64,000 nt of DNA from Candidatus Cloacimonadota bacterium (GCA_023129415.1 JAGMCF010000058.1:22336-86335); one strand, 5' to 3'; positions 27,740 to 37,497 are shown, counted from the stretch's first letter. Numbers and translations: made by a program. The notes: generated by a model from the sequence alone, not told the origin.

Positions 27740-28002
27740 ATGTTATATTTTATGTATATGTTTTAAAAAGTAAAAAGGATAGGAATCTTTACATTGGCTC
27801 AACTAATGATCTTAGACGAAGAATGAGGGAACATAACACAGGTCGAGTATTTTCTACGAAATCCCGCAGACCTTTTGAGTTAATTTATTATGAAGCCTAT
27901 AAAACTGAAAAGGATGCAAGGAAAAGAGAAAAAGCACTGAAGTTAAGGTCGCGTGCTTTTGCTCAATTAAGGAAGCGTATTAATGAAAGTTTATCATCGT
28001 AA
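27700..28002 (+). CDS. GIY-YIG nuclease family protein (YhbQ/UPF0213-like)
   Basis: FYVYVLKS..NLYIGSTNDLRRRMREHN....PFELIYYEAY..EKDARKREKALK. The only canonical start (ATG 27700) overlaps the upstream gene by 40 nt in another frame. Confidence 0.75.
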   Translation: MSGKCCSSPHKWIDVIFYVYVLKSKKDRNLYIGSTNDLRRRMREHNTGRVFSTKSRRPFELIYYEAYKTEKDARKREKALKLRSRAFAQLRKRINESLSS

Positions 28003-28014
28003 TGTTGTTGGTTC

Positions 28015-28123
28015 ACCCCCACACCAATATATCGTTTTGTATAATATAAACACTAAAGTTCACAAAGAAAACAAAGTTTTTTTCATCAGCCTTATTTCTT
28101 AAGGTTTATATTGGTGTGGGGGT
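28015..28123. repeat. 109-bp element bounded by perfect 17-bp inverted repeats
   Basis: acccccacaccaatata (28015-28031) is complementary to tatattggtgtgggggt (28107-28123). The right arm ends 3 nt before the DUF3795 start codon. Confidence 0.85.
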
Positions 28124-28126
28124 AAA

Positions 28127-28657
28127 ATGAACGCGAAAGATAAAAGTTTAGTTGGCTGTTGCGGCATATACTGCGGTTTATGTACGAAATACCAGTCAAA
28201 AGCACCGAGCAGATGTATTGGTTGTAGAATAGGTGAACAGCACGATTGGTGCAGCATCTACAGATGTTGTGCAAAGAAAAAGGGCTTTATTACCTGCATA
28301 GAATGCGCTGAATATCCCTGTGAAAGATATGTAAGAAGAAAATGGGGAACCGACTATTGGAGCAGAAAAGCAATGCAAAACCTGGACGAAATTAAAAAGT
28401 CAGGATTGGATAGCTGGTTAAAGGATCAAAGAGAAAGAAGGGTATTGGTAGAAAATCTACTTGATAATTACAACGAGGGGAGGTCAATGAGTTTTTATTG
28501 TAAGGTATGTATAGTATTGCCAGTTGAGGTAATCAACAATGCAATAGGAAAAGCAAGAGAAACATTTATGAGCGATAAAATATCTGATTCAGATATGAAA
28601 TCAAAGGCAAAAATCTTGAAAACGATTATACAAGAAATGTCACTAAATTTTCATTGA
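28127..28657 (+). CDS. DUF3795-like Cys-rich protein
   Basis: CGIYCGLCTKY..CIGC....WCSIYRCC..KGFITCIECAEYPC matches the DUF3795 pattern. Confidence 0.6.
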   Translation: MNAKDKSLVGCCGIYCGLCTKYQSKAPSRCIGCRIGEQHDWCSIYRCCAKKKGFITCIECAEYPCERYVRRKWGTDYWSRKAMQNLDEIKKSGLDSWLKDQRERRVLVENLLDNYNEGRSMSFYCKVCIVLPVEVINNAIGKARETFMSDKISDSDMKSKAKILKTIIQEMSLNFH

Positions 28658-28953
28658 TGTAGACTGTCCGCCAGTTGGCGGATGATTTAAACTGATTAGA
28701 AAGTTAGCCAATTTTAAATCATTTCTTCAGTCTAAATCAATTTTTATCAGTCTAAATCAATGATGTATTTGTAGTTTATGATTCAAATCTTAGCTATATC
28801 AAAACTGTTCAAAAAATTTTGCTTGTCACAACTTATCAAACTCCTTAATGGAAAAAATTAAACTTTTCTTTCTATCTTATATCTAATATCAAAAAATTAT
28901 AAGGAAGTTAAGATATTAATTATGCACAATACAAAAAAAGAAAGGAGTTTCAA

Positions 28954-29868
28954 ATGAAACAGTTTCTTAAACTTTCAGGTTTATTATTAGTGATTCTTGG
29001 ACTTTCATTATGGGGTTGTAGTGAAAAAACTACTGAACCAGGACCTGAAACTGATATGGAGGCAATTCAGTTTCTTATGGAAGAAAACGCCTCATATTTC
29101 AATACTCAAAATCATTATGGTGACGAGGATACAACAGGTGGTAAATTCGGAAGTCGTTCTCCTATTAATACCTTCTTCTGGTTTAGGCAAATTTTGTCTA
29201 ACCCAATCATCCTTATTGACATTTATATAGTTGGAGATTCTGCTTTTGTTTCATGGTCAGGAACATTCAAAGGAATTTTACATCTCTTTTCATCTGAAAC
29301 CGATTCAGTCCCTCCAGATACTATCCTTCATTATACAAAGGATTTCACAGATTACGCGAAAAGATATGCGATTTTCAAAAGAGTTTGTTCACCAAGTGAA
29401 GACCCACAGGATAGAAGAGGGTGGAGATTAGTAGAATTATCAGGTGCAGAAGTAACTTCAGAGAATAATACAGTACAGATTGACAGTGTAAGACTTAACT
29501 GTTCAAGTTATCCTGATACACTTCTTAATGATCCACTTGCCCTATTTGCAAAGGAGGATATAATAACACTCATCCCTGAAGAAGAATGTACACTCACAGT
29601 CTATACAAACTATGCAGTTGGTGATAGCCATTATGTTTTTCTCCATTCCTGGAGAAGACATATAGAGCATCATAGACGCATATTTAATTATATAGGCAAT
29701 GGTGTTTTCACAGGTGTATGGTTTGCCCCGTCAAATCTTTCTGGAGCAATTAATGTGGTTCATCATTGTGCTTTTGATATGATTAGTAGAGAGACACTTA
29801 AAGATGACACTTTGTCTTACAATGCCAATTCCTGGCTTTTTCCTTATAAAGTAACATTATCAGATTAA
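28954..29868 (+). CDS. hypothetical lipoprotein
   Basis: Signal peptide with lipobox LSLWGC. An SD-like AAAGGAG lies 8 nt upstream. I recognised no domain. Confidence 0.5.
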   Translation: MKQFLKLSGLLLVILGLSLWGCSEKTTEPGPETDMEAIQFLMEENASYFNTQNHYGDEDTTGGKFGSRSPINTFFWFRQILSNPIILIDIYIVGDSAFVSWSGTFKGILHLFSSETDSVPPDTILHYTKDFTDYAKRYAIFKRVCSPSEDPQDRRGWRLVELSGAEVTSENNTVQIDSVRLNCSSYPDTLLNDPLALFAKEDIITLIPEEECTLTVYTNYAVGDSHYVFLHSWRRHIEHHRRIFNYIGNGVFTGVWFAPSNLSGAINVVHHCAFDMISRETLKDDTLSYNANSWLFPYKVTLSD

Positions 29869-29979
29869 AAGTAGTGCTAATGATTGAACACATAAAGTAA
29901 CAGTTCTAATCTTTTATTAAAGATATAAACTTATCCTTCAGACGCAGACTAAATGCTCCAACATATTTGTGGAGGAAAA

Positions 29980-30297
29980 ATGCAATTAATGAAAAGAATT
30001 AAAAAACTATATAAAATTATTTTGTTGATTGTTACTTTTGCTTTCTTGGAAGCATGTGCATTTCATCCAATTTATGTTCCGCATCCACCACCAGAATTGA
30101 TTGTAGAGATTAAACCTGTACGACCCTACTTTAATGCGGTTTGGATTACTGGGCACTGGAGATGGAGTCGCACAAAATATTGTTATGTATGGACTCCTGG
30201 CTGTTGGAAAAAAGCTCCTGTAGTTCGTATATGGATAAGTGGCTACTGGCAAAACACCCCACATGGATGGATCTGGATAAAAGGATATTGGAAATAA
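29980..30297 (+). CDS. small lipoprotein with YXWGXW/W-rich repeats
   Basis: GGAGG lies 4 nt before ATG 29980, the lipobox is FLEAC, and the repeats are GHWRWS..YVWTPGCW..ISGYWQ..WIKGYW. Confidence 0.5.
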   Translation: MQLMKRIKKLYKIILLIVTFAFLEACAFHPIYVPHPPPELIVEIKPVRPYFNAVWITGHWRWSRTKYCYVWTPGCWKKAPVVRIWISGYWQNTPHGWIWIKGYWK

Positions 30298-30399
30298 CTT
30301 ATTTCTGTCTAATATGAATGGTCTCAATTATTGAAAAGTTTGACGTGTTATTTCCCTGATATTTTTATATGCAATAAAAATATGGAGGAAAGAACCACA

Positions 30400-30591
30400 A
30401 TGATTAAAATAAGTGATTTTAATTGGATTAACCTCAACTTTATTCGTGAGATTGAGTTGTGTTCTGGTGAGAGTTTACAAAAATTTTCTTTTGTATTTCA
30501 TTCTCAAGACGGCAGCAACAGATATACTAGTAAAATATTTGGCTCAAAAGATGAAGCTGAAAATTGGCTAAATAATAATCTGCACAACTAA
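30400..30591 (+). CDS. hypothetical small protein (63 aa)
   Basis: The ORF has a GGAGG 11 nt upstream of ATG 30400. Alternative starts are at 30382 and 30331. No recognisable motif. Confidence 0.25.
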   Translation: MIKISDFNWINLNFIREIELCSGESLQKFSFVFHSQDGSNRYTSKIFGSKDEAENWLNNNLHN

Positions 30592-30921
30592 ACAATTAAA
30601 TATTATAATTATATTTTCATATCTTATTAACAAATTCACAAGACTGGTCTGAATTTTGTACTTCGAAAAATATATTATTTTTTTTCTTATTCAGAATTAG
30701 TTACATAATTTATACATGTTATAGTTGCTGCTAGCATGCTTATGTTATTTTGCTTTCTATATAAGGAGAGGTAAATCCAATTGTAGAAGGCATCAGATTA
30801 ACAATCTTTTTTTACAAAACAGCAAATTGCTAATTTAACCAATTTAGTGCTTGACAATTATTTATTAATTCTATAAAAGAATAGTTTCTATAAAATTAAA
30901 ATTTTGCAGTATATATTTACT

Positions 30922-31731
30922 ATGAAAAAAAATATCATTATTAAAGGCGCTTGTGAGCATAATCTAAAAAACATTGATGTAACACTTCCACGCAATAAAT
31001 TTATCGTGTTCACAGGAGTTAGTGGCTCTGGCAAATCATCTTTGGCTTTCGATACACTTTATGCAGAAGGACAGCGAAGATATATTGAATCACTCTCTTC
31101 TTATGCTCGTCAGTTTTTGGGTCAGATGGAAAAGCCCAAAGTTGATTACATTGAAGGGCTTTCACCAGCAGTATCCATTGAGCAAAAAGCAGCAAGTCAT
31201 AACCCGCGTTCTACTGTCGGCACTATTACTGAAATATACGATTATCTCCGTGTATTATATGCAAGAGTTGGAACTCAATACTGCTATAAATGTGGTGCAC
31301 AAGTTAGCTCACAGTCTGCAGATCAGATGATAAATTATTTGCTTGGTTTACCTGAAGGAACGCGTATTCAAATTTTAGCTCCTCTTGTTCGGGAAAGAAA
31401 GGGTGAACATAAGGATGTATTTGAACGGATTAAAAGAGATGGATTTGTTCGTGTTAGAGTTAATGGAATCATTCGCGATATTAATGAAAACATCGTTCTT
31501 GATAAAAAAAGTAAGCACAATATTGAGGTTGTGGTTGATAGATTAATAATCAAAAAAGGAATTCAAAGCAGACTTGCTGATTCTATGGAAATTGCTTTAG
31601 AACTCGCAAACGGAATTGTAATGATTGACTATCCAAAGGAGAAGAAAACCCAGCTTTTCAGTAAAACGAATGCCTGTGCAAAATGTAAAATGAGATTAAT
31701 ATGTCCGGGAAGTGCTATAAAAAGTTCGTAA
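30922..31731 (+). pseudogene. truncated duplicate of the uvrA 5' end (about 255 codons) fused in frame to a 15-codon tail homologous to the 3' end of the membrane-protein gene at 27672-27715
   Basis: It is collinear with uvrA 33185-33950. It keeps Walker [10 protein letters not shown] but ends ...[20 protein letters not shown], where real UvrA continues NACPKCNISYPEL. Confidence 0.8.
31674..31717 (+). repeat. 44-bp direct repeat, right copy (tail of the truncated uvrA copy)
   Basis: cctgtgcaaaatgtaaaatgagattaatatgtccgggaagtgct. Confidence 0.9.
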
Positions 31732-31787
31732 AGCCAATATTATAAAAATGAAAGAACTAAGAAGGAAATAAAGACAAAAAAAATTCA

Positions 31788-31872
31788 TCTCGACAGGTCA
31801 GGAGTAATTAGTCATTTAATCAATTAATTTTGCGACAACTTGTTGGTAAGTTTAACTCATTAAGCGACTAAT
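31788..31872 (+). repeat. 85-nt conserved intergenic element, copy 2
   Basis: tctcgacaggtcaggagtaattagtcatttaatcaattaattttgcgacaacttgttggtaagttt... has the same orientation as copy 1 and lies 106 nt upstream of the AAA/DUF4143 gene. Confidence 0.8.
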
Positions 31873-31977
31873 GTGCCCCAGAAAAATTTAAAATAAATTA
31901 CTAACAAAATTCTTGACAAGACTGAGTAGCTTATACAGATTGTACCCATAACTTCCAAAATGTAAAAAGGAGATTCG

Positions 31978-33150
31978 GTGATTAAAAGAACTATGCAGAA
32001 CATTCTGCTGGAAATGTTTCACTCTTTTCCAGTAGTTACAATTACAGGACCTCGTCAATCTGGGAAAACAACACTTGTAAAAATGACTTTCCCTGATATG
32101 GCTTATATCTCTTTAGAAGATTTGGATATGCGCCAATTTGCAGAAGATGACCCACGAGGATTGCTTTCACAATATGAAAACGGTCTTATTATAGATGAAG
32201 TTCAGCATGTGCCAGAACTTTTATCTTACATCCAGACAGTTGTGGATAAAAAGAGTAAACCCGGTTTATTTATCCTTACAGGTAGCAATCAATTTGAATA
32301 TATGCATTCTATCACCCAATCCCTTGCTGGCAGAACAGGTATATTGAAACTACTCCCCTTCTCCTTTGCGGAACTTTATGGCAAAAATACATCAGTCTAT
32401 TTAGAAGAAGTTATGTTCAAAGGATTTTATCCACGAATTTTTGACCAGAACATCAGACCGCAATTATTTCTTTCCAGCTATATGGAAAGTTATTTGGAAA
32501 GAGATGTCCGTTCTCTTCTTAATATACGAAACCTCCATCAATTCCATCGTTTTTTACAGATTTGTGCAGGTAGGACAGGACAAATATTAAATATGAGCGG
32601 TCTTGGAAATGAGATTGGGGTTTCTCATAAGACAATAAGAGAGTGGATCTCTGTACTGGAAGCAAGTTATATCATCTTTCTATTAAAACCATTTCATAGA
32701 AATTATAATAAAAGGATTATTAAATCGCCAAAACTTTATTTTATTGATGTTGGACTGTCTTCACACTTGCTTGGTATTGAAAATTTCAATCAATTGAAAA
32801 CACATCCACTTCGTGGAGAACTATTTGAAACTTTTGTTGTTATTGAATTTCTTAAGTATCGCTTTAATTGGGGATTGCGAAATAATTTGTATTATTTTAG
32901 AGATAATATTGGAAACGAGGTAGACTTAATTATTGAAACTGGAGATGGGCTATCCCCAGTAGAAATAAAATCCGGTAAGACAATTAACTCCCAATTTTTT
33001 AAAGGATTGCAATATTTCAAAAAATTAGATACAAAAAATGTTAAAACCCCTGCTTTAATTATCGGGGATATTGTAAAACAAAAAAGAACCGAATGTTTTG
33101 TTTACGGATATCCTTTTGTTGAAGATTTAAGCGAAAAATTAATGGGATGA
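31978..33150 (+). CDS. AAA-family ATPase with DUF4143-like C-terminal domain
   Basis: GTG start 5 nt after AAAGGAG. Walker A GPRQSGKTT and Walker B GLIIDEVQ match the typical AAA_14 + DUF4143 architecture by eye. Confidence 0.75.
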   Translation: MIKRTMQNILLEMFHSFPVVTITGPRQSGKTTLVKMTFPDMAYISLEDLDMRQFAEDDPRGLLSQYENGLIIDEVQHVPELLSYIQTVVDKKSKPGLFILTGSNQFEYMHSITQSLAGRTGILKLLPFSFAELYGKNTSVYLEEVMFKGFYPRIFDQNIRPQLFLSSYMESYLERDVRSLLNIRNLHQFHRFLQICAGRTGQILNMSGLGNEIGVSHKTIREWISVLEASYIIFLLKPFHRNYNKRIIKSPKLYFIDVGLSSHLLGIENFNQLKTHPLRGELFETFVVIEFLKYRFNWGLRNNLYYFRDNIGNEVDLIIETGDGLSPVEIKSGKTINSQFFKGLQYFKKLDTKNVKTPALIIGDIVKQKRTECFVYGYPFVEDLSEKLMG

Positions 33151-33184
33151 AAAACTTACATTATATATTGGCTATTAGTATAAA

Positions 33185-36010
33185 ATGAAAAAAAATATCA
33201 TCATTAAAGGCGCTTGTGAGCATAATCTAAAAAACATTGATGTAACACTTCCACGCAATAAATTTATCGTGTTCACAGGAGTTAGTGGCTCTGGCAAATC
33301 ATCTTTGGCTTTCGATACACTTTATGCCGAAGGACAGCGAAGATATATTGAATCACTCTCTTCTTATGCTCGTCAGTTTTTGGGTCAGATGGAAAAGCCG
33401 AAAGTAGATTACATTGAAGGGCTTTCTCCGGCTGTATCAATTGAACAAAAAGCAGCAAGTCATAACCCGCGTTCTACTGTCGGTACTGTTACTGAAATAT
33501 ATGATTACCTGCGAGTATTATATGCAAGAGTTGGGACTCAATACTGCTATAAATGTGGTGCACAAGTTAGCTCACAGTCTGCAGATCAGATGATACATTA
33601 TTTACTTGGGTTACCTGAAGGAACGCGTATTCAAATTTTAGCTCCTCTTGTTCGGGAAAGAAAAGGTGAGCATAAGGATGTGTTTGAACGGATTAAAAGA
33701 GATGGTTTTGTTCGTGTTAGAGTTAATGGAATAATCCGTGATATTAATGAAAATATAGTCCTTGATAAAAAGAGCAAGCACAATATTGAAGTAGTAGTGG
33801 ATAGATTAATAATCAAAAAAGGAATTCAAAGCAGATTGGCTGACTCTATGGAAATTGCTCTGGAACTTGCAAATGGAATCGTGATGATTGATTATCCAAA
33901 AGAGAAGAAAACACAACTGATCAGCAAAAAGAACGCCTGCCCAAAATGTAATATCAGTTATCCAGAATTAACGCCACAAATGTTTTCTTTCAACAGTCCT
34001 CTTGGCATGTGCAAAACCTGTAACGGACTTGGTACACGGATGGAATTAGATATTGATAAACTTATTCCAGATAAAACAAAATCAATTCTGGATGGTGCTA
34101 TTGCTTATTGGGGTGAAATGGGTATGAAAAGAAGGTCCTGGAGATATAGCATTCTTCGCCAGCTTGCTGACGATTTTGAATTCTCACTCTCTACACAGTG
34201 GAAAAATTTAAGCGAGACTGCAAAGGATGTAATTCTCTACGGCTCACGAGGGAAAAAGTTCAGAATTGACTGGGATGGTGAGATAAGTTCCGGACATTTT
34301 ATGACACCTTTTGAGGGCTTAATACCAACAATAGGGAGACGCTTTAGAGAAACAAAATCGGATGCAATGCGAAGGATGTATCTCAATTACTACAGCGAGA
34401 AACCCTGTGCTGATTGCGGAGGGGCAAAACTCCGCATTGAAAGTAGATATGTGAAAATCAATAGCAAATCAATAGTTGAACTTTCTAAGATGTCAATAAG
34501 AGAGATATTAAAATTTATGATAAATCTTCACCTTACTGGAAATCAACAGATTATTGCTGAAGAATTAATTAAAGAGATAAAAGCTCGTCTAAAATTTATG
34601 ATAAATGTAGGATTGCATTATCTTACACTAAATAGAAGTGCACCAAGTCTTTCAGGTGGAGAATCTGAAAGAATAAGGTTAGCAAGCCAAATTGGCAGCG
34701 GTCTTGTTGGAGTAATGTATATTCTTGATGAGCCAACTATTGGTCTTCATCAAAGAGATAACCATCGCTTGATAGACATGTTAATCGGTTTAAAAAATCT
34801 CGGCAACACTGTCATAGTAGTTGAGCACGATGCTAAAATGATACAAAGTGCAGATTATATTCTTGATTTCGGACCACTTGGTGGGATTTATGGTGGAGAA
34901 ATCGTTGCTTCTGGTTCTTTAGAAGATATCATCAAGAATGAAAATTCTCTTACTGGCAAATACTTGAGCAATCAGCTTTCCATCCCATCTCCAAAAAAAT
35001 ATCGGGAAAACAACGGAGACTTTCTTAAGATTACTAAAGTAGCTCAGAATAATCTGAAACATATAGATGTAAAAATTCCTCTTGGACTTTTTACATGTAT
35101 TACAGGAGTTTCAGGTTCAGGAAAAAGCTCTTTAGTCAACCAAACCTTGTATCCTGCTCTTGCGAATCGGCTGTATAGGGGTTCACATAAAGAAGGAAAA
35201 TATCAAGATGTAAAACACTATTACAAAATTGATAAAATCATCAACATCACTCAAGACCCGATTGGACGCACTCCCCGCTCAAATCCTGCCACATACACAA
35301 AAGTATTGGATGATATTCGGCAGATATTTGCAAGCACTCCTGCTGCAAAAGTTCGTGGTTATAAACCAGGTCGTTTTAGCTTTAATGTTCCAGGCGGGAG
35401 ATGTGAATCCTGCAGCGGAAGCGGAGTTAAACAAATTGAAATGCACTTTCTCCCTGATGTGTTCATTACCTGCGAAGTATGCAAAGGAAAACGGTTCAAT
35501 AAGGAAACTTTACAGATTAAATATAAAGGAAAAAACATAGATGATGTGCTTAGTATGGATGTGCAGGAAGCATTGAAATTCTTTGAAAATATTCCCTCAT
35601 TAAGACGAAAACTACAAACATTATGTGAAGTAGGACTCGATTATATCAAACTTGGCCAGCCATCTCCCACTCTTTCGGGCGGAGAAGCTCAACGGGTAAA
35701 ACTATCTCGTGAATTAAGCAAAACAAGTACTGGAAAAACTCTTTATATCTTAGATGAACCTACGACAGGCTTACACTTTCATGACATAAAAAAATTAATT
35801 GCAGTTCTAAACAGTCTTGTGGATAAGGGTAACACTGTAGTTGTTATTGAACATAATCTTGATGTGATAAAGTGTGCAGATTATATTATTGATTTGGGCC
35901 CAGAGGGTGGAGATGAAGGAGGAAAAATTGTAACTACTGGCACGCCAAAGGAAGTGGCATTAAACAAGAAGTCTTATACTGGACAATATTTGAGAAAGGT
36001 TGTAGAATAA
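33185..36010 (+). CDS. uvrA: excinuclease ABC subunit A
   Basis: It is 941 aa, with two ABC modules (GVSGSGKSS twice, LSGGE twice) and zinc-finger Cys pairs. Confidence 0.97.
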   Translation: MKKNIIIKGACEHNLKNIDVTLPRNKFIVFTGVSGSGKSSLAFDTLYAEGQRRYIESLSSYARQFLGQMEKPKVDYIEGLSPAVSIEQKAASHNPRSTVGTVTEIYDYLRVLYARVGTQYCYKCGAQVSSQSADQMIHYLLGLPEGTRIQILAPLVRERKGEHKDVFERIKRDGFVRVRVNGIIRDINENIVLDKKSKHNIEVVVDRLIIKKGIQSRLADSMEIALELANGIVMIDYPKEKKTQLISKKNACPKCNISYPELTPQMFSFNSPLGMCKTCNGLGTRMELDIDKLIPDKTKSILDGAIAYWGEMGMKRRSWRYSILRQLADDFEFSLSTQWKNLSETAKDVILYGSRGKKFRIDWDGEISSGHFMTPFEGLIPTIGRRFRETKSDAMRRMYLNYYSEKPCADCGGAKLRIESRYVKINSKSIVELSKMSIREILKFMINLHLTGNQQIIAEELIKEIKARLKFMINVGLHYLTLNRSAPSLSGGESERIRLASQIGSGLVGVMYILDEPTIGLHQRDNHRLIDMLIGLKNLGNTVIVVEHDAKMIQSADYILDFGPLGGIYGGEIVASGSLEDIIKNENSLTGKYLSNQLSIPSPKKYRENNGDFLKITKVAQNNLKHIDVKIPLGLFTCITGVSGSGKSSLVNQTLYPALANRLYRGSHKEGKYQDVKHYYKIDKIINITQDPIGRTPRSNPATYTKVLDDIRQIFASTPAAKVRGYKPGRFSFNVPGGRCESCSGSGVKQIEMHFLPDVFITCEVCKGKRFNKETLQIKYKGKNIDDVLSMDVQEALKFFENIPSLRRKLQTLCEVGLDYIKLGQPSPTLSGGEAQRVKLSRELSKTSTGKTLYILDEPTTGLHFHDIKKLIAVLNSLVDKGNTVVVIEHNLDVIKCADYIIDLGPEGGDEGGKIVTTGTPKEVALNKKSYTGQYLRKVVE

Positions 36011-36283
36011 AAAGTTGATATAAATTTTAATAATTCTTTTTAACAACACCTTGGGTTCTTACGGGTACTAAAATAGAAAAAGAGAGTTTATGAGATCAGA
36101 ATTCACTTGAATTTTATGTATATCTACATTATGTATATTGACATAATTTAATAAGAAATAAAATAATGCTTATCAAAAGGATGTTTGTTAATATAATAAA
36201 TCTTCTTCGTACCTTTTCATCCTTTTCATTTTTCGGAGAATGGACGAAGAACGGGTGAGCATTCGTGGTAGAGGAGTTTTTAA

Positions 36284-37414
36284 ATGAAAAATCCATTCGT
36301 ATATGGTGAAGCAGTTACTGGAGAAAATTTTTCAAATCGTAAAGAAGAACTTTGTGAAATTACCCGAGATCTTGAGGATTGCGAACGCATCTTCCTTATT
36401 TCTCCCAGACGATATGGGAAAACCTCTCTTATTATGAATGCTTTAGAGAATTTGAGAACTAAAGGATTATATACAGTTTACATTGATCTCTATAAGGCTA
36501 CTTCTATACAAAAACTGCTTGAAATTTATGCTTCTGAGATTGTTAGGGCTGTGGAATCTAAACTTGAGAGGATGTTCAATTTCTTGAAAAAGACTCTACC
36601 TGGCTTACGACCGAAAATTACAATTCAACCTGATGGTTCTGCAACTATTGGGATAGAACATTTTCCCACAGAAAGTGATACATTGAGATTTCTTGATGAA
36701 ATCTATGAACTTCCACAGAAATTAGCTGAGAAAAAGAATAAAAATTTTATTATTGTTTTTGACGAATTTCAAGAGATAAGAAACTTCAACGGAGAATCTA
36801 TAGAAAAGGCAATGCGAGCGAGTTTTCAACATCATAGCAAAGTTGGTTATCTTTTCGCTGGCTCAAAAAGGCATATCCTCTATGACATGGTTGCCAATCC
36901 CAGTAAGGCATTTTATAAGATGGGAAGAGTCATTACATTAAATAAAATACCCAGACTTGAGTTTAGCGAATTTCTGAGACAAGCTTTTGAAAGGACAGAA
37001 TTTACTCTGGAGGAAGGAGCTGTTCATAAAATATTAGACCTTGTCAATGATTGCCCATATAATGCTCAGTTTCTCTGCCATAAGCTCTGGGATGTCTATT
37101 TTGATGTGAAGAAAATAAGGACTAATGACATTGAACCAACACTGAATCTTATTCTCACTGAAAATACGCCATTCTACCTGTCTATATGGGATGGATTATC
37201 CATGCATCAGCGACGATTACTACATTCTATTGCTAATCTTGGTGGAGATCATATATTTTCTCAAGAGTTCATTGCCTCTGGTGATTTAGGAAGTTCTTCC
37301 ACTATTCAAACATCCCTGCGACTTTTAATAAAAAAACAGGTGTTGGACAAAGAAAAAGATATTTACTTTGTTACCGATGTCTTCTTTAAAGAGTGGATAA
37401 GGAGGAAGATTTAA
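36284..37414 (+). CDS. ATPase of the archaeal-ATPase (ATPase_2/DUF234) family
   Basis: NPFVYGEAVTGENFSNRKEEL, Walker A SPRRYGKTS, Walker B IIVFDEFQE, and a C-terminal winged-helix-like tail. Confidence 0.7.
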   Translation: MKNPFVYGEAVTGENFSNRKEELCEITRDLEDCERIFLISPRRYGKTSLIMNALENLRTKGLYTVYIDLYKATSIQKLLEIYASEIVRAVESKLERMFNFLKKTLPGLRPKITIQPDGSATIGIEHFPTESDTLRFLDEIYELPQKLAEKKNKNFIIVFDEFQEIRNFNGESIEKAMRASFQHHSKVGYLFAGSKRHILYDMVANPSKAFYKMGRVITLNKIPRLEFSEFLRQAFERTEFTLEEGAVHKILDLVNDCPYNAQFLCHKLWDVYFDVKKIRTNDIEPTLNLILTENTPFYLSIWDGLSMHQRRLLHSIANLGGDHIFSQEFIASGDLGSSSTIQTSLRLLIKKQVLDKEKDIYFVTDVFFKEWIRRKI

Positions 37415-37440
37415 GGATGGAATATATTCTTCTAAGAATA

Positions 37441-37497
37441 AAACAAAAAAACCTTCTTGAGAACGATGAGGTCAGGAAATCCTTTTTGGAGGGATAG
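37441..37497 (+). pseudogene. last ~19 codons of a LivF-like ABC ATPase gene (remnant)
   Basis: It translates to KNLLENDEVRKSFLEG* and is homologous to the end of the longer remnant at 39842-40000. Confidence 0.4.

Noticed and set aside
28997-29431. Same-strand alternative-frame ORFs inside the lipoprotein gene 28954-29868
   Set aside because: They overlap a longer ORF that has a signal peptide, lipobox and SD, and nothing independent supports them.
30851-30877. Sigma70-like promoter candidates: TTGACA-15nt-TATAAA upstream of uvrA', and also TTGACA-17nt-TATTTT at 62488-62516
   Set aside because: In sequence this AT-rich such matches arise by chance, and promoter consensus in this lineage is unknown. 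I did not list them as features.
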